Shown here piece by piece: positions 23,543 to 34,516 of a DNA stretch of 34,516 nucleotides (positions are counted from its first letter, which is position 1; each line of letters starts with the position of its first letter). The translations under genes and the position numbers were made by a program. The notes under the pieces were generated by a model. It made no database searches. It saw only the letters and a program-made list of their open reading frames with translations, and was not told the DNA's origin. Origin of the DNA: Conidiobolus incongruus B7586 (Eukaryota); assembly GCA_000697335.1 (NCBI GenBank), contig JNEM01008491.1, positions 1 to 34,516 of the forward strand, read 5' to 3'.

Positions 23543-26500
23543 GATAATATACTGGCAAAATAAAGCTATTCAAAAAACTGATGAAAAAAATTCGGACAAG
23601 CCTCAATATTTATATAGAAATTGAGTTGATGTGATATTTTGGTTTGGAAACACTCTATCCTTTTGGGAAAATTATAATAGAATATTGAGGTTGTGTAGTA
23701 AGGTTCAAAGGGGTATTCCTTATAGGGGGAAATTCAACTGCGTCCAAATTAGGTTCAAGGGTAGTTATTTCTTCTAACAACTTGAAATACGCTGAATTAG
23801 ATTATATTGAATTATTCAAAATGTTATCAATAGATTATGATTGGCTGACGGCTAAACCACGGCTTAATTTAATGTAATTTGAGTGAAAAATTCATTTATT
23901 AGTCAGGTAAAATTACCTTTTTAATTCTTAAACCAAATACATATTCCAATTTCATCAAAACTGATTTATAAATCTAAATGGATGATTTTACAATATCTAG
24001 ATTATTAATCCATTTGATTGGTTCATATTGAAATATATTTCAAATTATTATATATTTTGTAGTAATTATTTCATATAAAATGGAATCAAATTTTGGAAAA
24101 TAATATCGGCACTAAATACAGCTCAATTAAGTTAATTAGTTGATAAAATAACAATATATTACCAATTTCATTAGATCTTTTAAACCGAAGAAAACTATTA
24201 TTTCATAAATTATTTTTAATTTGATCAAAAAGGAATCCGATAATGGGTTATAAACAATATTATAAATTTTGTAAATTAGAAAAATCTATGTTATGAACCA
24301 TATCATATTGGGTGGATACTCAACAAAAAGTCTCATAAACACTCATCAAACCATATAACGAATTCAAGCTTAGAGAAATAATCATGATTATGACTTTTAC
24401 TATTAACTCCTATCTAAACTATAATAGTAATTTATTGTATTAAAATCACACTCGGATAATCTTTTTTTTTCACTTTCAATCCTCTCATTGATACACTGTA
24501 TTTCACTTTATATTTGATTCGATGAAAAAAAGGTATTTTATTTGATCTGATTAATAATAATCTAATATTTCTCAGCCCTATTTTTTCTACTTTAAGTTCA
24601 AATATAGTCCGTTATACAGGTCATTGAAAGGGAATGATTAGGTATATATTAAAAGTGACAAATAATAATATCAGTTCAAAATAATAATTTCTCCATGTTA
24701 TAAACTTTCTCCATATTTGATTATATTAAATTTTTAAAGTTTTGTTTCTAAACATAGAAATTTTTTATATTATTTCCAATTACATGATCCTATATTTGTA
24801 TTATCGCAAATTTTATGTAATAATTAGCTTAATATTTAGAAGGCCGATGGTGAATTACAGATGAATATAAAACAAATAAAATTCCAAAATAATTAATAAT
24901 CAAATTAAGAAATAATATTTAATTTAAAAACCAATCAAATATATTAGTACTATTAACTTTAAAATAGAAATAATGATTCCAGATTTAGTAATATTTATAT
25001 ATATAATGGATAATTGTTTTAAACGAAAAATTCTCAAACTTTATTTAATTTCTCAAATGAGTACAGTGACTACCAAGAAAAATTCATCCTATTTTAATAT
25101 TTAAAGCGGTTAAACTTATCTATATATTTTATTTTTAAATAATTGATTTTAACTATAATAAATATTTATAATAATCAAATTAAGCCAAAATTAATCATTT
25201 TTTCTTAAAAAAATATCTAAATATATACTGATAATAATTTTAAAATGTTTTTAAGTTTTAACTCAATTATTGAGATTTTTTAAATTTATCATTAAATGTG
25301 AGAATTATCTAAAATAAAATTACCTTAAATCATGTTTTAAAATTTTAAATAATTTCCAAATGGAGTAATTTCAATTATTATCCAGTGTTAAAAATTATGT
25401 ATTAGTTTAACTTGATAAATTAATTAATAGCCTTAATTAATTATATATATATATTTTTCAAATATTTTGCATTTTTAGTTAATCAAATTACTAATTTTAA
25501 TAATTATATAAATTGTATTAACTGTACTATTAGGATATATAAATTATAATTATTGATGGTATTTTTGACATTTTTTTATTTGTTTTATAAAATAAACTTT
25601 TACTTTTTGTTGAATGATTTAATTGACTAAAAATAATTTGAATAAGGGGGATATTGCAATAATTTTTGTAAATCGAAAATAAATAATGAAATCATCAACT
25701 TTATTATGTTTAATTATAAATAAACTGTATATGAATAGGGCCAGATTGCGTTGAGCATAGTGAAATATTATGAGTCATCAGCTTTGGCATATTAAACTTA
25801 AAAGTTTGTATTAACTATTACATTGGAAAAATTTGAATAATGGCTAGATTGTAAGCATTCTTTCTCTACACCCAACAAACATCTTTAAAATATTATATGA
25901 CTATCGGTTAATGAAACATTAGGTATTTACGAAACCATAAAAAATAAAACATTACTTAAAAACTTGAAATTAAAATATTGATTAAAAACGTGGAATTAAT
26001 CATAAATCATATTATCGGACGCATTGGTTGGAAAATTCATTGAATACAGTTTGATTAAAGAATGGCTTTGCATTATGTTTACTAGTTTGAGTCTTTATTC
26101 TTATCTTCATCAATATCTGTAAAAAGCAGCATTTTACTTATTTAACTTTATATTTAATGTGAGCTAATATTTTTTTGTGATTTTTAGTTAAGGAATAAGA
26201 TAAAATCATATATTTATTAATATTGGTTTTAAATTGATTGTTAATGTTTATTTTTCAATATTTGCAAATTGAATTAATACTATAATTCAATAAAAGTAAA
26301 TTAATATAATTTTTATTTAATTTTTTTTGTTTAATTTAAATAATAATTTAATAATATTATTTTTTTAAAAAATAATGTATTTACTAATTACTTTAAAATA
26401 TTATTGTTATAAATTATTTAGAAAATATGTAACAAAAAATTTTGCAAAATATATTATAATTTATTATAAAGAATTATGTTTAAATAACTGAAATAAAAAT

Positions 26501-27161
26501 GGAAATGATTCTTAAACAATACAAGATTAGACGAATTCAGTTAATACAAGATTAACTGATTACTTCGAAAAACTTGATGTGTTTTATTTTTAGCTGTAGA
26601 TTTCACTCATAATATCTTATTGCAGATTATTAATTTACTTTATAATTAAGAAATATTCAAATTTTGAATGTTTTTCTAGATTATTAATAAAAGATATCGG
26701 AATTCCCATTAATTAATATTTGTTAAAATGATGCTTGATGGATATTTCAAGTAATATCATATTGCTTTATATTAACCATGGATTAGAATTAATGAATGCA
26801 TTAACTATGATAATAATAAATCTTTTATAAATAGTTTTATTATATATTAGTGTATATAATATTTCATTTATGAGCATTATTTTAATATCTGGCCAATGAT
26901 ATATAGTTATTTAGTATATGATCAAATCAAATCAAAGTCAATATAGAACACATTGAAATTCAAATAACAACATTAGTAATATCCTATTTTATTCAAATCA
27001 CAATAATGAAATCAACTATATACATCAACTTGTATTATTTAAAGAATTGATTAAATTTTAATCATTCACACTTTTTTGTTAAAAATTTATCGAATGTTAA
27101 ATTCAATTTTTATAAAATAAATTTTAATTTTTTTACACAAATTTTCAAAAATAATAAAAAC

Positions 27162-27185
27162 AATAATAATAATAATAATAATAAT
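27162..27185 (+). repeat. (AAT)n microsatellite
   Basis: Run of AAT units in intergenic DNA. Confidence 0.8.
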
Positions 27186-30100
27186 ATATTTTTAACAATT
27201 TAAATTCACATCTAATATTTAATTCTATTGAAAATTTGTCTATTAAATTAAATATAATTAAAATTAAATAATGGAATAATTATTATGAATATTAATACTA
27301 GGTGGTCAAAATTGGTAAACTTATATTATATACATCAATAAACCACATAATTTTACAATTTTTTAATGTCAAATTAATTCAATAGCATTTAATTAAAAAG
27401 TGGTTCAGTATTTTAAAAATAAAAAAAAAATTCTTTAATAATTAATTTATTAGTAAAAATTAAATTTTATCCCATGTCAAATTATATTCAAATAAATTAA
27501 TATATGTCATACTTTTATTATCTCTGTAATTAAAATATCTTTTCTATTCTACTATGTTAGCGATTATGTTAAATATTATTGATTAAATGTAAAAATATGC
27601 ATCAAAACTATAGTTATTCAAATTATTTACATATTTTTAATGGTATCATATGTGCTGAGTTATCTGATAGCGAGGTTTGTACATAAAAAAACAGAGGAGG
27701 TAAAATCTAATTCTATTTTTTTCTTATATATTAATTTAACAATGGTAATTTTATATTTCTAATTTTATTTTTGAAAATTAGTATGATTTCTTTTATATTA
27801 AGATTTTTTTAATAAAATATAATTTAATTACAAAAAATTTAATGATTGTAGGATAAATTGAAATTATTTGATTAGATAATAACAAAGTAAGTGATTGGTA
27901 ATATTGCAAACAATATGAGTTTTTAAAAATTTTTTAACATAAGTATATCTAATTTCTCTTGTACTATTTTTATATATATATATCATATGAAGTTGACAAT
28001 TGACTTTTTAATTTATCAAATTTATAAAATACAAAATTAAGACTTATTAAAATACTATATTATCCTTAGGATTAACATTTAAACTATTCAATGGATCATA
28101 TTATTTAGGACTAATTTTGCTAAAATATATTGAACAAGGATAGTAGAATAAGACTTATTAATTTATTTTAATAATCATTATAATTTTAAATTAAGAATTT
28201 TGATTATTTTTAAAATGAATATTATTCATTTTTTTTGATTCTATGATAAAAGATTATAATATCATTAAAATAGTTGAACTTTATATAAATGAAATTAACG
28301 AATTATGTTTTTATAATTTAGTGAATAATATAATAAAATTCTTATATATATATAATTACTAGGAATTTTGATATTAATCTTAAATATACAATTAAAAGTG
28401 AGTATTATTAGCCAATTTGATTGAATATATAATATATTGATATCTTAGGACCAAATATTAATTGCAATTATTCTTTTCAGAAGGATATATTAAATCAAAT
28501 ATTAATTATAGAAAAATTAATCTTTAAAATAAAATTATCAGAATAATATCAAAATATAAAGGTAAAGGTTTTGTAATTTTTAATATTGAAAAATAAATTC
28601 ATTTATTTAATATAAAAATTTATATCCCTGAAAAATTTGGATATATTTGATATTATTTAATATAATAAAAGAATGATATAATTAATCTTTTAATTGATTA
28701 ATTCTTCCTAAAATCTATAATATATTTTGATTATTATAATTTTTATCATATAAAATCACATAGTTTGTAATGATTTGAATTAAATGTTATCAATATACTT
28801 ATCGTTTTTGAAAGTTAATAGTTGGCGAATACAATGTGTTTTACTTCCATGTGACTTGATATAAACTAGATTATATATTTCTATATAACTTTAAATTCTC
28901 CATAATTATAAGATTGGTGCTAATTTTGAGCATTGGTTTTAAGCTTAACAAAAGATCAATAATTTTTAATTATATCAAAAAAAAATATTAAAAAATCGAT
29001 TGCTTAAAAATTTAATAATATGAAATTAATCTGTAAATATTTATTTATATTTGAAATTCAAATAAATAATAAAATATTTTAAAATTTTTAAAAAGTTCAA
29101 TTATTATATTAAAAAAATTTATTTTTTATAAAAAAAAATCCGTAAAACTTATATAAAAAAAAAATAAAATTTTAAAAATTAACTAAATGGAGTAAATTTA
29201 TTATTGATCACATGTTAAAAATTTTTAATTTTACATATCATCAATAATTACAAAGCTTAATAATTCATTTAACATTCCAATTTTTTCTTTATGAAAATTT
29301 TTAAGTCAGAATGATGTGTAGAAAGTGTATTCAAGCTCTTAGGAAGTCTTTTTAAATCTAAATATAAAATATACTAAAAATATTGTTTGCCATTTCATTT
29401 TCAATAGTTTATCAATTAAGAAGTTGAATAATCGTGACCTATAGTTTCAGATTACTATTTTTAATCAAAACATTGAGCATTTAGATATTTGATATTGAGT
29501 CTGGACTTTTGAGGATGAGCCAATTTTCAGGTCGGAATGTTCAGTATTTTTTATTGATTTAATGATTTATTTATGATGTTAGTCTTCTTGATTCTATATA
29601 ATAAGAGTATTTTTAAACTTTATTTGCAAACAATCGGAATCAAATTCATGCTTCAATTAATGTTAGTTAATAAAATTAATTTACTCAATTAGATAATAAT
29701 CATCAGATTTTAATAGTTATCTCTCATTAGGCCCTTGATGGTAATGTCTTGAGGCAAAAGTTTGTCTTGATAAGTTATATATTGTTAATTTTTAGGGCTA
29801 ATTATTTAATTATCGCAATTATTTTTAATAATTATTCAGCACCACTGTGTTTTTATTTCTCAGATACTTTTGATGTATTTTTCACTTAACCCAACCTAAT
29901 TTGCTTTTATAAGCTATATAGTTTGAAGACATTATTTTTGCAATTGACTGCAGAACTGTTTAGACAATTAAACTCTTCTTATTAATTCTATCCAATAATA
30001 ATTGATATATAAATAATGCCAAATTATTGCGAATTTTGATTCTGAAATAATAAATTAATTAATCATTTCGTATTACTTCAATAAGTATTTATAATTATTG

Positions 30101-33100
30101 ATTAAAGTTGAAATAGTGGTTGATTATTTAGACCTTATATACAGCAGAGTAGATAAATAACCTTCTATGTTTCATTAACGCATATTATAGCTAGACATTA
30201 CAATTTAAAATAATATTTTTTATAATTTATTTAAAACTAATTTTTCATTCTTTTTATATTTATGAAAATATTGAATTTTTTATTCAAAAACAATATTTTT
30301 TAGTATAAATTAGTAAAAATAAAATTTTTCAAAAATTAAAATTATTATATAAGAAACTATATTAATTCCATTATATAGTATTAATATTATATAAACTAAT
30401 TATCTAGTCATCTTTCAAAATAAAATATTTAAAAAAAATTATAATTAATTTTATATTATATCCAAATCAAGGCATAAATATTCATTAAATATAACAAGTA
30501 ATATATTAATCAAATGATAACTGAATTATTTGGTTTATCACTAGTCTATAAATAATGTCAGCAAGAGCTTCAAAGGTTTAGTTGAGTGGTATAAAATAAT
30601 TAAGTTTGTTTTCAAATTTAATTTATCCCGTATTGACAGAATTCTATTCAGGATAATTATTAATTACTTCAACTTAAACATAGCTCAATTAATAAGCAGA
30701 AAATAAAAAATTGATTAATTAAACATGGTTTAATCAAAACTGAAACATTCTTAAGTATTGTTAAAATAGACGCTCAAAGATTAAAGTAATGAATTTATAT
30801 ATATATATAGTTGTCACTCATTCTATAACCATATTTATTAATATCTATAATAATCATATTTTTGATATAATATCATATTTAATGGCCGTTAAAGACTTCT
30901 ATGATTCTTAATTCATTGTATATACGTTTTTGAAATTAGCAAATTATCTTTTCAAATTAATTGTCGATTTTTATTAAAAATATTTATAAAATAGCTTCAA
31001 TAATACTTAATAATACTTGGATATATTAAAAATGTAACCTTTATGATTTATTATTAATTCTACTTATAATTATGGAATTAATATTAATATATTTCCTTCT
31101 TAATATAGAAATTCAATCTATTTTAAATTATCTTTATTCTCAATCTTAATAAGATTAAAAAATATTTTCAAAATTCAAAAAAAAATTATTTCAAGATTAA
31201 TATTTAAAATTTATCATATATTTTACTTTATATAAAATATAAATTTAAATAAATTTTTAATAAATAATATTATATAATAATTTAATTTAATTATTTTATT
31301 ATAAATTAATCACTATAAATTTATTTAGATTTTATTATTCTTTTTATTATTAATAGTTAATCTCTTTTTTTAATAAATAATTATTAAATATAAAATGAAT
31401 CATTGAAGTTTTAAATTAATTGATTAATGAGTGATTAAACTTGATAGATATGTTAATAACAAAATAAATATTATTTTACTTATCCATCAATTATTTTTGA
31501 TAAGAATTAATAAGATGAATACATTGATAAATTAGGATGAATAATAAACAATTAACATATTTGCTGAAATGAGTGAATACAAGATTATTGGGTAAATGTC
31601 AAAATCTTGGTAAATAGCATTTTTGTTAAAGAGAACTTGGACTCATACCCTTTTAATATCTTTTTACAGTATATTACATTAATTCGTATTATTAAGTAAT
31701 CATTGCATTTTATATTATTAATTTCAAAATTTGAGATTCCGATGATTTGAATACTCAACTCAGTTATTGGTATCATACTGGTTATATTAAAATTTATAAT
31801 TGTTGAGAATATTTATTGAGTTTTATGATATAATAAAATATTATCAAATTTGTTTAATATAGTCTTTTAAAGTTAAAGAAATATGAAAACTGATTTTTTT
31901 TAAAATAATTCATCGGTTCCAAAAATGTATTCAAAACAATAGTAGAACAAAATTGAATTTCATCCATTGAATGATCAAGAACCACCATATACTATGCTCA
32001 AATTCTGGTATTTTTTTTAAATGAATATTATGTTGAATTATTTTCAAAATCTACTAATATAGTTATTATGAGAAATATGATTAAATATATATTTAACTAT
32101 TTATTCCAAAATACAGTTAAATATATATATATATATATTTAATATGATTCAATTTCAAAAATATTTTAAAATCAAGCATATCAATTTTAAAAACATCAAT
32201 CACTATTCATTAATTGGAATATATTTTAAAATATTTATTAATAAACATTAATAACTTTAGTATCGTTAACTAATATGATTAGTTTTTTCGATAATTTGAT
32301 ATTAAGCCCAATTATTGAACTAATTCAATGTAATAAATTAATGGGTTAATTAATATGAATATTAATAAATTATTAACCTATTTTAATTTTAAACTTGTAC
32401 CAAACTTAATTAAATTCTTAAGTATTCACAATTTTCATTAATAATAAGTGAGTTGATTAGTAAAACCATTAATAATTAAAATTGAAATATTGAATTCCTG
32501 TATAAATTCATAAATCTAGCCATCACCATCGATTAATATTCAGGTTAATATCAAATATTGATAGTTGAAAATTCTGTTAGCCCGAATAAGGTTGATGTTT
32601 TACTATACTTAGATATAGGGATTATAGATTATTTAACTGAGTTATTTAAAACAATTCCGACTGATTTCGCGTTGTACGAATTACTTCCACGTTATTACAT
32701 ATTATCATGTGAGCTTTTCTTTAATTCTTCGGGAATTTAGTGATTATTAGTCCAGTGTTTAATATCTTTACATAGATTTTAATGCTTTAAGTTATTTAAA
32801 TATTATAACTATTAAAAAATATATTTTAGCATAATTAATTATTTAAGTTTTAATTAATTTTTTAATTAAAAATTTATAGATTTTTTAAATAATTTCAAAA
32901 TTACATGATATTTTACCATAGAAAAAAAACTTTTTTATATTATTGCATAATTTTCATTAAAAATTTGTGTATATTTTAGTTCTAAAATACACAACAATTA
33001 ATATCATACTATAAAAATTAAATTAGAATTAAGAATAATTTTTATATAATACTTTACTATGTATATTACACCCCTAATATAGAATAAAACAAATTATTAT

Positions 33101-33329
33101 TCATAATTATAAAATCAAATTTAATTAATTTCATAATAAAAAAAATAAAATTTTCACTATCATCTTTGTTTAATCCAAAATAATTAGATATATTTTGAAT
33201 AAGTTATTACATGGGTAATTCAAAGTAAGATATCCCAATTTATTTACAAATTTCATGATTAAATTCAATAGAATATATTAGTTTAAGAGATAAAAATAAC
33301 ATTAACTATCAATAAACATACATATTTTT

Positions 33330-33625
33330 GTTCTACCGATTGCTAGCAGGATGTTGTTAATACCGAAGGGTGCAGTTTCCTTGGTAGTTTGAGTTAAATT
33401 GCTTTATTATGGTTTAACAGGCTTCACAGAAGACCATAGGTGATGATGAAAATGTGCTCTGACAATGGTTCTTTTATAGACCATTTTTGGCTGTAATTAG
33501 TGTAACAAACCCTATTAGATCCTCATAAAGATGGGACCTTAAAGTGGTGTAACAAGTATTCCGGGATTATAACTCCATTAAATAATAGATGGTAAGATGA
33601 AGTTGGTCGGGCGGGTTACCATAAT
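33330..33625 (+). mobile_element. Possible heavily decayed LTR-retrotransposon integrase fragment
   Basis: GC-raised island. A stop-interrupted frame reads FNRLHRRP*VMMKMCSDNGSFIDHFW...DPHKDG...CNK, loosely like the integrase core RLHGxP..IxSDNG..F..FW..HPQTDG. Confidence 0.25.
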
Positions 33626-34516
33626 ATTATATCATAAATAATTTAAGATATTTTTATTATAATATGTACATTTATAGAAATTTATAATGAAGGTAAAAAA
33701 TCGAAAAAAATTAAAAAAATATGATAATTTGTCTTCTTCAATCAAGGTAATATACATTGGTTCAAAAAGTAATTTGACTAATTTATATTTAACAAATTAA
33801 TCAAAGCTAAGGAAAAATAATGTGATTTTAATAATTAGAAACTTTATGGTTTTTCAATAACAGAATTCCATACTAATGGTAATTGCTTAACCTATTTACA
33901 AAGGTTTTGACAATTTATCTTCAGAATTACACCCTTATTTTTGAAATGAAAATTGATACGTTATTAAATTTATTTCCCAAAATCGAACTTTTTAACTTAC
34001 CAAAACAGTCATAAAGGTTCATATCTTATGAAAATAGTGGATATAATAATAAAGGCCAGCTGTTTTTATTAAATAAATTTTTTATAGTTTCTGTTATATG
34101 AATCTAATCATTATCTTATATAATAATTTATTTTAGTTTAATTTTTTATTTCAATTTATGATATTAAATTTTATAAATTAAAAATATATTATATTAGTAT
34201 AATTTCTGATTATTATTAATAATAAGTGGAATAATTTTATTATTAATCTATATATTTTGAATATAGTGTTTGTTTTTGAAATGATATTGTTTTATTGAAA
34301 TTTGAACCCAAATTCTCCTTTTATTTCAGAATAATAAATTATATATTAAAATCCATAATTTATTTATAATAAAATAGGTATTATAATTATATAAGTATAT
34401 TTTACTAATATTCTGTTAGTTTGGTATATAAAATTTAGTTAAAATATTAATTATTAATATTTTTTAATTATATTTAATATAATTTATTAATAAAATAATT
34501 ATAAAATTATTATTAT

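Noticed and set aside
29300..30200. Minus-strand FRPENWL resembling the cytochrome P450 PERW motif
   Set aside because: No ExxR or heme FxxGxxxC motif could be found and all frames have many stops; insufficient support.
31585..32740. 63-aa and 60-aa ORFs in the AT-rich tract
   Set aside because: Short, with no motifs and no convincing exon structure.
1..34516. CRISPR arrays, tRNA/rRNA genes, intact transposons or prokaryotic operons
   Set aside because: I saw no regularly spaced repeats, structured GC-rich RNA genes, TIR/LTR pairs or catalytic transposase ORFs. The genes have spliceosomal introns.

Overview
Very AT-rich eukaryotic nuclear DNA with short (~50 nt) GT-AG introns. It is most consistent with a fungus, probably an early-diverging lineage; this is inferred from gene content and intron style and is not certain. 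The left ~8 kb is an accessory-like region. It holds a perfect >=327 bp inverted duplication of a small MGNxxS (putatively myristoylated) protein gene, a decayed third copy, and two paralogous small secreted-protein genes, one apparently frameshifted. A compact core (9.1-17.5 kb) encodes a small membrane protein, a signal-peptide-bearing nucleoside diphosphate kinase with a second degenerate NDK domain, AIM41/YqeY, a MATE transporter, a mariner-transposase-derived DNA-binding protein with no catalytic domain, and EMC3. EMC3 reconstructs to full length with canonical splice sites but carries two in-frame TAG codons at Gln-aligned positions, one in the conserved MLQRGI motif. This points to recoding, RNA editing or very recent pseudogenisation. 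Next come two divergent Pro/Tyr-rich secreted paralogs flanking a decayed queuosine-salvage (QNG1/DUF2419) pseudogene, then a bHLH transcription factor. The last ~11 kb has no supportable gene, only faint coding relics. All family assignments come from recalled motif similarity; no database searches were run.
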